NCBI GenBank assembly: GCA_003599485.1
Contig: QZKM01000048.1
Location: 10,428 to 74,427 of the forward strand
Origin: Gammaproteobacteria bacterium
Lineage (GTDB): Bacteria; Pseudomonadota; Gammaproteobacteria; SURF-13
Reading direction: 5' to 3'
Length of the DNA: 64,000 nucleotides
Each line of letters begins with the position of its first letter. The stretch's first letter is position 1. Shown piece by piece: positions 1-8,411 of the stretch. The notes beneath the pieces were generated by a model. The model ran no database searches. It saw only the letters and a list, made by a program, of their open reading frames with translations, and had not been told where the DNA came from. A program made the translations under genes and the position numbers.

Positions 1-1537
1 CCGGCTGGATGTTGATGATGAAACGGTTCGGCGCGTCATCCGGCAGACGCTGCTGCCAGCTTGCCAGCAAATCGGCGCGCACCAGGGTGAGCAGCAGCAA
101 GGCCATGATGCCGACGCCAAAGGCGAGGATTTGCGTAACGCTGCCCGCCGGGCGGCGCGCGATATTGGACAGGCCAAAGCGCCACGCCACGCCGACGCGG
201 GTGCGCAACCGCGCCAAACCCCGCACCAACAGCCAGGCCGTGCACGCCAGCACGGTGAGTGCACCCAGCGCGCCCGCAACGATATACGCGCCCAGCTTGA
301 AATCACCCGCCTGCCAGATCATCAAAGCGCCGAGCAGCGCGATACCCGCTAAATAGGCCGAAATGCCGCGCACAGGCGCACCCAGTTCACGCCGCAGCAC
401 ACGCAAGGCCGGCACGTTTTTCAGCGCCAGGAGCGGCGGCAGGGCGAAGCCGAGCAGCGTCACCAGGCCGGTGGCGAACCCGGACAGCGCCGGGCGCAGC
501 GAAGGCGGCGGCAGCGGAGCGGCGATGAGCCTGCCCAGCAAATCCGTGAACAAACCGTGCGCCGCATAACCCGCCCCACAGCCAAGCAGACCGGCCAGAG
601 CGCCCAGCCATAACATTTGATAAAAGAAACTTTGGCTGATAAACGCCTGCGGCGCGCCAAGACAACGCAGTATGGCGCAGGTGTCCAGATGGCGCACGCT
701 GTAGCGCCGCGCGGCGGTGGCCACCGCCGCGCCCGCGAGCAGCACGCTGACCAGCGCGGCCAAGCCCAGAAAGCGCTCGGCGCGCTCCAGTGCGGAGCGC
801 ACTTCAGGCCGCGCGTCTTGCACCGTCTCCAGGCGCTCGCCCGGCTGTAAACTGTTTTCCATGCCGGCGCGAAACTGCCGCACGCCGCCCGGCTCGCCCG
901 CGATCAGCAGGCGGTAGCGGATGCGGCTGCCGGTCTGCACCAGTCCGGTGGCGGGCACATCGTTGAGATTCATCAGCAGGCGCGGCGCAATACTGAACAT
1001 GTCGCCGCCGCGATCAGGCTCATGCGTCAGCAGCGCGGCAACGGTAAAGCGTGCCGCGCCAAGCATAAGCGTGTCACCGGTATTGAGTTTAAGCTGCTGC
1101 AACAGGCGCGCATCCACCCACACCGTACCGGGCGCGGGAATCGTACGCACGCTGTGCTCGGCGCCAAACAGTTGCGGCGCGATACGCAGCCTTCCGCGCA
1201 GTGGGTAGTTTTCGCTGACTGCCTTGACCTCGGCCAGTTGACTCACGTCGCCGGTGAGCGCCATGCTGGCAAAGCTCATCGTTGCAGCGTATTGCAGATT
1301 GAATTGCTGTGCGCGCGCCGTATATTGCGGCGGCGCCTGGTCGGACAGAATCACCAGGTCCGCGCCCAGCAGTTCATTGCCCTGCTCGCGCAGGGCCTGC
1401 TGCACGCGGTCGGTAGCAAACCCCACCGCGGTGACGCTGGCCACGGCGATGACGAGGGCGATGACCAGCACGCGCAATTCTCCCGCGCGCCAGTCACGCG
1501 CAAGCAGGTGCAGGGAAAATTGCAACGCGCGGCTCAC
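1..1537 (-). CDS. ABC transporter permease, FtsX-like (YbbP family); 3' end cut by window edge
   Basis: Reverse-strand translation from GTG at 1537 reads [35 protein letters not shown]... The GTG overlaps the upstream ATPase stop (GTGA). Synteny tesA / ybbA / ybbP. Confidence 0.75.
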   Translation of the reverse strand, partial: MSRALQFSLHLLARDWRAGELRVLVIALVIAVASVTAVGFATDRVQQALREQGNELLGADLVILSDQAPPQYTARAQQFNLQYAATMSFASMALTGDVSQLAEVKAVSENYPLRGRLRIAPQLFGAEHSVRTIPAPGTVWVDARLLQQLKLNTGDTLMLGAARFTVAALLTHEPDRGGDMFSIAPRLLMNLNDVPATGLVQTGSRIRYRLLIAGEPGGVRQFRAGMENSLQPGERLETVQDARPEVRSALERAERFLGLAALVSVLLAGAAVATAARRYSVRHLDTCAILRCLGAPQAFISQSFFYQMLWLGALAGLLGCGAGYAAHGLFTDLLGRLIAAPLPPPSLRPALSGFATGLVTLLGFALPPLLALKNVPALRVLRRELGAPVRGISAYLAGIALLGALMIWQAGDFKLGAYIVAGALGALTVLACTAWLLVRGLARLRTRVGVAWRFGLSNIARRPAGSVTQILAFGVGIMALLLLTLVRADLLASWQQRLPDDAPNRFIINIQP

Positions 1538-2214
1538 GCCACCAGCCGTCCCGCGTCCAGTTTCAGACGCCTGCCGCAGCGCTGCGCCAGCGCTTCATCG
1601 TGCGTCACCATAATCAGGGTGGAGCCCCGCTCACGATTCAGTTCAAACAAAAGATCAATAATGCGCGCGCCGGTGGCCTGATCGAGATTTCCGGTCGGCT
1701 CGTCGGCCAGCAGCAGTTTTGGCCGTGGCGCGAACGCGCGCGCAATGGCGACGCGCTGCTGCTCGCCGCCGGACAACTGCCTGGGATAATGACGCAGACG
1801 CGGTGCAAGTCCGGCGCGCGCCAGCACGTCGCCCGCCTGCGCGCGCGCCTGCTGCGCCGGCTGGCCCGCGAGTTCCAGCGGCAACATGACGTTCTCCAGC
1901 GCGGTCAGGCTGGGCAATAGTTGAAAAGTCTGGAACACAAAGCCGATCATGCACCCGCGCAGCGCGGCGCGCCCGTCTTCATCCAGCGCGAACAAGTCAT
2001 GGCCGTCGAGCAGCACGCGCCCGCCGCTGGGCACGTCCAGCCCGGCGAGCAAACCGAGCAGGGTGGTCTTGCCGGAGCCGGACGCGCCGAGGATGGCGCA
2101 CGCTTCGCCCGGCGTCACGCTGAAATTAATGTCCCGCAACAACGTCAGTTCGCCCTCGGGGCCTGATACTTGCTTGCCGAGGCCCTGCACCTGCACAATG
2201 GGCTGTAATGACAT
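1534..2214 (-). CDS. ABC transporter ATP-binding protein (YbbA/LolD-like)
   Basis: Walker [13 protein letters not shown] signature LSGGEQQRV, Walker B LLLADEPT. Divergent from tesA as in enterobacterial tesA-ybbA. Confidence 0.9.
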   Translation of the reverse strand: MSLQPIVQVQGLGKQVSGPEGELTLLRDINFSVTPGEACAILGASGSGKTTLLGLLAGLDVPSGGRVLLDGHDLFALDEDGRAALRGCMIGFVFQTFQLLPSLTALENVMLPLELAGQPAQQARAQAGDVLARAGLAPRLRHYPRQLSGGEQQRVAIARAFAPRPKLLLADEPTGNLDQATGARIIDLLFELNRERGSTLIMVTHDEALAQRCGRRLKLDAGRLVA

Positions 2215-2870
2215 TGAAATCCTTCCTGTTAGCCTGCGGGCTTATTCTATCCTGCGCCGCACAGGGAAGTGCTAGTGTCGCGGGAGGCAGGATGCCGGGA
2301 GCGACCGCCGCGCATGCGGCGGCGGACAAATCCATCCTGGTGCTGGGCGATAGTTTGAGCGCGGCTTACGGCATCGAGCAAAGCGCGGGCTGGGTGAGCT
2401 TGCTGGAGCGGCGCCTGCAACAGCAAGGTTATCGCTACCGCGTGGTCAACGCCAGCATCAGCGGCGACACCACCAGCGGCGCATTGGCGCGCCTGCCACG
2501 CGCACTCGATGCGCACCGGCCGGACATCGTGATCGTGGAACTGGGCGGCAACGACGGCTTGCGCGGCCTGTCCTTGAGTGAGTCGCAGAAGAATCTGGCT
2601 GCGATCATCGAGCAATGCCGGCAACGCAACATACGCGTGTTGTTGATCGGCATGCGCCTGCCGCCAAATTACGGCCCGCAATACACGGAAAAGTTCCAGC
2701 AGATGTATCCCGATCTCGCGCGGCGCTATCGCGTGCCGCTGGCGCCGTTTCTGCTGGAAGGCGTAGCGGGCAACAAAGACCTGATGCAGCCGGACGGTGT
2801 GCATCCACGCGCCGAGGGACAGCCCATCATGCTGGAAAACGTGTGGCACGCGTTGCAGCCGATGTTGTAG
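2208..2870 (+). CDS. tesA: GDSL arylesterase / acyl-CoA thioesterase I / lysophospholipase L1
   Basis: N-terminal signal peptide, then GDSL block ILVLGDSLSAAYG. The N-terminus carries a 14-aa insert encoded by a dispersed mini-repeat (see findings). Confidence 0.85.
   Translation: MTLKSFLLACGLILSCAAQGSASVAGGRMPGATAAHAAADKSILVLGDSLSAAYGIEQSAGWVSLLERRLQQQGYRYRVVNASISGDTTSGALARLPRALDAHRPDIVIVELGGNDGLRGLSLSESQKNLAAIIEQCRQRNIRVLLIGMRLPPNYGPQYTEKFQQMYPDLARRYRVPLAPFLLEGVAGNKDLMQPDGVHPRAEGQPIMLENVWHALQPML
2265..2307 (+). repeat. in-frame palindromic mini-insert, copy 1 (in tesA)
   Basis: ggaagtgctagtGTCGCgggaggcaggatgccgggagCGACcg; encodes SASVAGGRMPGAT between signal peptide and GDSL domain. Confidence 0.8.
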
Positions 2871-2942
2871 GAGGGCGCTTGACAGCACGGATATGGGTTG
2901 GCAAGGTAAGACCCATTTTAATGAAGGACCAAGGAGAGAGTC

Positions 2943-3812
2943 GTGACTGATTACACCCTGCGCTCAGCTGATTTGTCGGTGAAGATTTCCACCAAAGGGG
3001 CGGAGTTGCAGTCGCTCAAAATGGCCGATGGCCTGGAACTCTTGTGGCAGGCCGACCCCAAGGTGTGGGCGCGCCATGCGCCGCACCTGTTTCCCATCGT
3101 GGGCCGCTTGAAAAACGACACGCTGCGCCACAACGGAAAAACCTATAACATGACGCCGCACGGTTTCGCACGCGACCTAGAGTTTACCTGCACGCAACAT
3201 TCCGATCAGGCGTGCACCATGCAGATCAAGGACTCCACCCAAACGCGTGAACGTTATCCCTTCACTTTTGAACTCAACATCACCCATGCGCTGGAAGGCA
3301 GCACGCTCATCATTACTTACGCATTGCGCAATCCGGCAATCACAGAATTGCTCGCCAGTGTCGGCACCCACCCCGCGTTTAACTGGCCGCTCAAGCCCGG
3401 TGTTGAACGCGGCGCGCACAGCATGACCTTTGAGCGCGACGAGCCCGCGCCCATCCGCCGCGTCGCGGGCGGCTTGATCAAGGCGCAGAATTTTCCCACG
3501 CCGGTGAAAAACCGCGTATTGAATCTTGCGGATGAACTGTTCGTGGATGATGTCGTGATCTTCGACCAGTTAAACAGCCGCGCACTCACTTACAGCGCGC
3601 CGGGCGCGCCAAAGATTCGGGTCACATTTCCAGACTTCCCGCATCTCGGCATCTGGACCAAGCCCGGCGCAGGCTTTGTGTGCATCGAACCCTGGCAGGG
3701 CCACGCCAGCCCGGAAGATTTCGACGGCGAGTTCCGCGCCAAGCCGGGCGTGATCGCCACCGCTCCTGAATCCGAACGTGTGTGGCGCTATACCATTTCG
3801 GTTGAGAAATAA
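2943..3812 (+). CDS. aldose 1-epimerase family protein (YphB-like)
   Basis: 289 aa, GTG start preceded by AAGGAGAGAG RBS. Mutarotase-like motifs (HGFAR..., GTHPAFNWP). Confidence 0.7.
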   Translation: MTDYTLRSADLSVKISTKGAELQSLKMADGLELLWQADPKVWARHAPHLFPIVGRLKNDTLRHNGKTYNMTPHGFARDLEFTCTQHSDQACTMQIKDSTQTRERYPFTFELNITHALEGSTLIITYALRNPAITELLASVGTHPAFNWPLKPGVERGAHSMTFERDEPAPIRRVAGGLIKAQNFPTPVKNRVLNLADELFVDDVVIFDQLNSRALTYSAPGAPKIRVTFPDFPHLGIWTKPGAGFVCIEPWQGHASPEDFDGEFRAKPGVIATAPESERVWRYTISVEK

Positions 3813-3822
3813 GACTACGGGC

Positions 3823-4590
3823 TTAGTGGAGCGCCAGCCCGGAGAGATAAATCACCAGCACACCCGTGGCAATCAGCGTGATCTGTTGCAGGCTGGCGCG
3901 CAGTTGAGTACGTTCGTGCAGGCCGGGAATCAAGTCCGCCACGGCGATATAGATGAAGCTCGCGGCGGCTACCGCCAGCACATAAGGCACCATCGGCTGC
4001 ACGGCGGATAAGGCAAAATAGGCGAGCAAGGCGCCCGCCACCGTAGTGAAGCTGGACAGCACGTTGTAAAGCAGGGCCCTGGCGCGGCTGAGGCCGCTGT
4101 GCAGCAGCACCACGAAGTCGCTCATCTCCTGCGGAATTTCGTGCGCGGCAACCGCGATGCTGGTGAGCACGCCGAGTTGAAAATCAGTGAGGAAGGCGGC
4201 GGCAATTAATATGCCGTCCACGAAATTGTGTATGCCGTCTCCGATCAATATCAGCGTGCCCGCCGCCCGGTTCGACGCATGTGCGCACGCGTGCGCGTCG
4301 CCGTGGTGATGATGACGCCACAGCACTGTTTTTTCCAGCAGGAAAAACCCCAGCAGACCGGCGAGCACGGTGAGGCTCACTTGGTGCGCGTCCACGCCCG
4401 GCGCGGTGATGGCCTCGGGCAGCAGATCAAGAAACACCACGCCGAGCAGCGCGCCCACGGCAAAGCCGACCATTGGCGGCACGAGGCGGGAGAGAAACTG
4501 CTCCGGCAGCAGCAGGAACGCGCTCGCCGCGCCGACGCTCAGCACGCCGCCCAGTAAACTGAACAGAATAATCCAGGTCAGCAGATCCAT
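3823..4590 (-). CDS. zupT: ZIP family zinc transporter ZupT
   Basis: His-rich loop HHHHGDAHACAHA and ZIP signature HNFVDGILIAAAF...HEIPQEMSDF. Multiple TM segments. Confidence 0.8.
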   Translation of the reverse strand: MDLLTWIILFSLLGGVLSVGAASAFLLLPEQFLSRLVPPMVGFAVGALLGVVFLDLLPEAITAPGVDAHQVSLTVLAGLLGFFLLEKTVLWRHHHHGDAHACAHASNRAAGTLILIGDGIHNFVDGILIAAAFLTDFQLGVLTSIAVAAHEIPQEMSDFVVLLHSGLSRARALLYNVLSSFTTVAGALLAYFALSAVQPMVPYVLAVAAASFIYIAVADLIPGLHERTQLRASLQQITLIATGVLVIYLSGLALH

Positions 4591-4680
4591 GAGTTCCCCG
4601 CGCGCATAAATGTAACATGATACACAAAAAAATCAGTAGCAAGTTGAAAGTAAAAAAGAAATCTTGCTACCTGGAACTTG

Positions 4681-5439
4681 CTACTTGTCACCAGCCTCGT
4701 CCAACCAAATCAACGTCGCCATGCGCCCGGTTTTGCCGTCGCGCCGGTAGGAGTAGAAACGTTCCGCATCGCTATAGGTGCATTCGCTTCCGCCATACAC
4801 CCGGGTGACGCCGCGCGCGGCCAGGCGCTGGCGCGCAAGCTGGTAAATATCAGCCAGCCAGCGTCCCCTGGCGGAAGACTGGAATGCCTGTTGCGCCTTC
4901 GCATCGTGCGCCATAAAAATTTCACGCACTTCATCGCCCACTTCAAAGGCGTTGGGGCCGATGGCGGGGCCGAGCCAGGCCAGGAGATTTTTTCCCTCGC
5001 CCATCACATCCAGCGTGGCCTCGATCACGCCCGCTTTGATGCCGCGCCAGCCCGCGTGCACGGCGGCGACGCGGGTAGCCTGCATGTCACACAAAAGAAG
5101 CGGGAGACAGTCCGCGGTGAGCACGCCGCACACAATGCCGGTCTGTGCAGTGTAGACGGCGTCAGCCATGCGCTCGGCCCCTGCGGCATTCACTGCGCGC
5201 GCGCCGTGCACCTGGTCAAGCCACATGGGCGTGGCCGGCAGTTGCAGGGATTCAATAAGACGTGCCCGGTTGGCGCTGACGCTGATAAGGTCATCACCCA
5301 CATGCGCAGCGAGGTTGAATGAATCGTAGGGTGTTGCGCTCACGCCGCCCAGGCGCGTAGTGCTGGCGGCGCGCACCTGTGGCGGCGCGGGCCAATCCGG
5401 GATGATCCAGGCGTGCGCCTCAGGCATGTTCACGTACAT
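4681..5439 (-). CDS. pgeF: peptidoglycan editing factor PgeF (YfiH / laccase-domain protein)
   Basis: Similar to YfiH; conserved rluD–yfiH adjacency. The real start may be the internal ATG at 5427 (MPEAHAW...), which avoids overlap with rluD. Confidence 0.8.
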   Translation of the reverse strand: MYVNMPEAHAWIIPDWPAPPQVRAASTTRLGGVSATPYDSFNLAAHVGDDLISVSANRARLIESLQLPATPMWLDQVHGARAVNAAGAERMADAVYTAQTGIVCGVLTADCLPLLLCDMQATRVAAVHAGWRGIKAGVIEATLDVMGEGKNLLAWLGPAIGPNAFEVGDEVREIFMAHDAKAQQAFQSSARGRWLADIYQLARQRLAARGVTRVYGGSECTYSDAERFYSYRRDGKTGRMATLIWLDEAGDK

Positions 5440-6376
5440 CCTTGCGCAGCAGCTTTATCAAGTGAGTCATGTCGGCGGGTAGCGGCGCTGACCACTCCAT
5501 CCTCTCGCCCGTTGCTGGATGCGTAAGGGCGAGATGCGCGGCGTGCAGCGCCTGGCGCTTGAAACCGCGCAGCGCCTCGCGCAATTCCATGCTGCACGAC
5601 GGCGGCATACGCAGGCGTCCGCCGTAAACCGGGTCGCCCAGCACGGGGTGCCGGATGTGCGCCATGTGCACCCGTATCTGGTGCGTGCGCCCGGTTTCCA
5701 GCATGATCTTGACGAGGGTGTGGGCGCGGAAACGTTCCTGCACGCGGTAATGGGTGATCGCGCTCTTGCCCTGCCCGCTTTGCGTCACCGCCATGCGCGT
5801 GCGGCTGACGCGGTGCCTGCCCAGCGGCGCCTCGATACATCCGCCCGCGATGATCTCGCCGTTGATCAGGGCGGCGTACTCGCGCTGCACCGTGTGCGCC
5901 TGCAATTGTTTGACCAGTGACTTTTGCGCGCCGAGCGTGCGCGCCACCACCAGCAAACCGCTGGTGTCCTTATCCAGCCTGTGCACGATGCCAGCGCGCG
6001 GAATTTTGCGCAACTGCGGCGCGTAATATAGCAGCGCATTGAGCAACGTGCCCTCCGGGTTGCCCGCGCCGGGATGCGCCACCAGGCCCGGCGGCTTGTT
6101 GATGACGATCAATTCCGCATCTTCGTAGACGATATCGAGCGCGATGGACTGCGCGCGCCACTCGCCCTGCGCCTCGGCCAGCGCGTTTAATTCAATAAGC
6201 TCGCCGCCGCGCACCTTATCGCGCGGACGCCATGTTTTGCCGTCCACCGCCGCCCGGCCGCTGCGTATCCACTGCGCGAGGCGCGAGCGCGAGTAGGCCG
6301 GGAACAGCCGCGCCAGCGCCTGGTCTAAACGCAAACCCACCAACTCCGGCGGAACCTGCGCGGTTAAAGGCTGCAT
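5420..6376 (-). CDS. rluD: 23S rRNA pseudouridine(1911/1915/1917) synthase RluD
   Basis: S4 domain plus catalytic motif HRLDKDTSGLLVVA. Divergent from bamD as in E. coli. Confidence 0.9.
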   Translation of the reverse strand: MQPLTAQVPPELVGLRLDQALARLFPAYSRSRLAQWIRSGRAAVDGKTWRPRDKVRGGELIELNALAEAQGEWRAQSIALDIVYEDAELIVINKPPGLVAHPGAGNPEGTLLNALLYYAPQLRKIPRAGIVHRLDKDTSGLLVVARTLGAQKSLVKQLQAHTVQREYAALINGEIIAGGCIEAPLGRHRVSRTRMAVTQSGQGKSAITHYRVQERFRAHTLVKIMLETGRTHQIRVHMAHIRHPVLGDPVYGGRLRMPPSCSMELREALRGFKRQALHAAHLALTHPATGERMEWSAPLPADMTHLIKLLRKDVREHA

Positions 6377-6432
6377 ACAGGCTGTTTCATGGAAGCAGGC
6401 AGGCGCGGTATACTCTGCCCCTACTATACCCG

Positions 6433-7227
6433 ATGGTTACACTTATCATGCGCGCGGTAAAACCGGCATTCATCCTTCCGTTACTCCTTATTCTGGCAAG
6501 CTGTTCGCTGCTGCCCGAACAGATAGACACCACCAAGAACTGGTCGGCCAGCAAGCTGTACTCGGAGGCCAAGGCCTCCATGAGCAGCGGCGACTATGAA
6601 ACGGCCATCAAGTACTACGAGAAACTGCAAGCGCGTTACCCGTTCGGCCGTTACGCTCAGCAGGCGCAGATTGATCTGATCTACGCCTATTATAGAGACG
6701 ATGAACCCGCCTCCGCCATCGCCGCCGCCGACCGGTTCATCAAGCTGCATCCGCGCCATCCTTACGTGGACTATGCGTACTATTTAAAAGGGCTGGCCAA
6801 CTTCAACGTGAGCAAGGGGCTGTTCGAGCGTTACCTGCCGCAAGACCCGACGCAGCGCGATCCCGGCGCGGCGCGCCAGTCGTTTCAGGATTTCTCGGAA
6901 TTGGCGCGACGCTTTCCCAACAGCAAATACACCCCGGACGCCGTGCAGCGCATGACCTACCTGCGCAACAACCTCGCGCAATATGAAGTCAACGTGGCGA
7001 ATTACTACATGAAGCGCAGCGCCTACGTCGCCGCCGCGAACCGCGCCAAATACGTGGTGGAAAATTACGACCGCAGCCCGGCCGTGCCCGACGCACTCGC
7101 GGTAATGGCCAAGGCCTATAAAATCATGGGGCTGGATGACCTGTCCAGCGACGCCCTGCGCGTACTGGAACTCAACGCCCCCGGCCACCCGGCCATCGCC
7201 GAGGTGAGAAATCTGGTGGTCAAATAA
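6433..7227 (+). CDS. bamD: outer membrane protein assembly factor BamD (YfiO)
   Basis: Lipoprotein signal LILASCS. TPR-like sequence closely parallels E. coli BamD (NWRQA.../YPFGRYAQQAQIDLIYAYY). The track ORF start at 6232 is an upstream artefact. Confidence 0.9.
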   Translation: MVTLIMRAVKPAFILPLLLILASCSLLPEQIDTTKNWSASKLYSEAKASMSSGDYETAIKYYEKLQARYPFGRYAQQAQIDLIYAYYRDDEPASAIAAADRFIKLHPRHPYVDYAYYLKGLANFNVSKGLFERYLPQDPTQRDPGAARQSFQDFSELARRFPNSKYTPDAVQRMTYLRNNLAQYEVNVANYYMKRSAYVAAANRAKYVVENYDRSPAVPDALAVMAKAYKIMGLDDLSSDALRVLELNAPGHPAIAEVRNLVVK

Positions 7228-7247
7228 TACTTTGAGAAAACCAGATA

Positions 7248-8411
7248 TTACCCAAGGTAAATCCGCTTCCATGCATATCCCCAAGGAATACGCTCTTGCT
7301 CCAACCGCACGCGCGGCCCCCAGCGATGATTGCACAAGTCCCGATACAGTCCTTGTTCCACCACAGTAAGCAAGGGCAGTTCAGCACCGACGACGGGCTT
7401 GTCCTCCTGCCCCCATAAACCTTTGTGATCCAATAGTGTTGACTCATCCATGAGTAGCGATTGAGTATGCGGCAAGTGGTGGCGCAGACGATTCAAGATG
7501 GCGAAACCGTGGGTGTCCAAGTCACCCCAGTAGTAGCACGGTAGCTGCTTGAGCCAGGGGATTTCGCCAAACAGGTCCACTGCATAACCAAGCCGCATGA
7601 ATACCGCAGCTTCCGGGACATCTCCGAAGGCAAGCCCGGTTTGCAGGTTTTCAACGATGAAGACACCGCGCAACGGCAAAACCAAGCGCGCGATCTCTTC
7701 CACCGGCGCGGTGATATCTCCCAATCCCCCCGTTATTCGACGCACGTCTGCATGCAGCAGACGAAGACGCATGAGCACGGGTTCGCGACGAATCCCGGTC
7801 GCCTTATGGAAGTCCGCACCATCACCACTATCGCCGCGAATAATAGACAACAGCCCGGCAACTAGGGATTTGCGGGCAGACAACCATTTGGTGTCGACGC
7901 CCGCCACCGGGAGCTGACGGACATACAGACCGGAATTGGGATGCGTTTCCAGCCATTCCAGCATTGCGAACAGGCGATGAAAATCGCCGTCCGGGTAGTC
8001 GGCCAACACATCGAAATATCCGGGCAAGGTTCCGGCAAGACGGGGCCAACGATCCGCCATCAAGGCATGGCGCCGTTCGGCCCTTTGCCACCGATCCGTT
8101 TCCCCTAACCATTCGGCTACTTGTGCCGGGTTATGAAGCAACGCCCGCTCCGGCAGGCTTTGCGTGCCGAGGTTCGGCCAGCGCCGCTCAACCCACACCA
8201 CTTCGCCTTCGCCCCGCCATTCGTGCCAACGCGCTTGCCACGCCTGCACCGCAGGAAGTTGCTCACGGGCCTGCTGTTCGCTCGGCATCCCAAGCGGGAT
8301 CGACAACGGCCAGGACCCGTCACCTTCGAGCCACCGCCGGTGATTGGCGCGGTAGCGTTGCTGCAAACGTTGTTTGACCCCATCGGGGTCAATTAGAAAC
8401 GACTTCGCCAC
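7248..8411 (-). CDS. jetD: Wadjet JetD (DUF3322/DUF2220, Toprim-like nuclease subunit)
   Basis: 387 aa. Toprim-like acidic motifs IVENL and YYWGDLDTHGFAIL. Overlaps the jetC stop. Confidence 0.85.
   Translation of the reverse strand: MAKSFLIDPDGVKQRLQQRYRANHRRWLEGDGSWPLSIPLGMPSEQQAREQLPAVQAWQARWHEWRGEGEVVWVERRWPNLGTQSLPERALLHNPAQVAEWLGETDRWQRAERRHALMADRWPRLAGTLPGYFDVLADYPDGDFHRLFAMLEWLETHPNSGLYVRQLPVAGVDTKWLSARKSLVAGLLSIIRGDSGDGADFHKATGIRREPVLMRLRLLHADVRRITGGLGDITAPVEEIARLVLPLRGVFIVENLQTGLAFGDVPEAAVFMRLGYAVDLFGEIPWLKQLPCYYWGDLDTHGFAILNRLRHHLPHTQSLLMDESTLLDHKGLWGQEDKPVVGAELPLLTVVEQGLYRDLCNHRWGPRVRLEQERIPWGYAWKRIYLG

Noticed and set aside
6232-6432. Upstream 67-codon extension of the bamD ORF
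   Set aside because: The lipoprotein signal peptide and lipobox start at 6433/6448. The extension overlaps the rluD 5' region and is Pro/Ala/Arg-rich.
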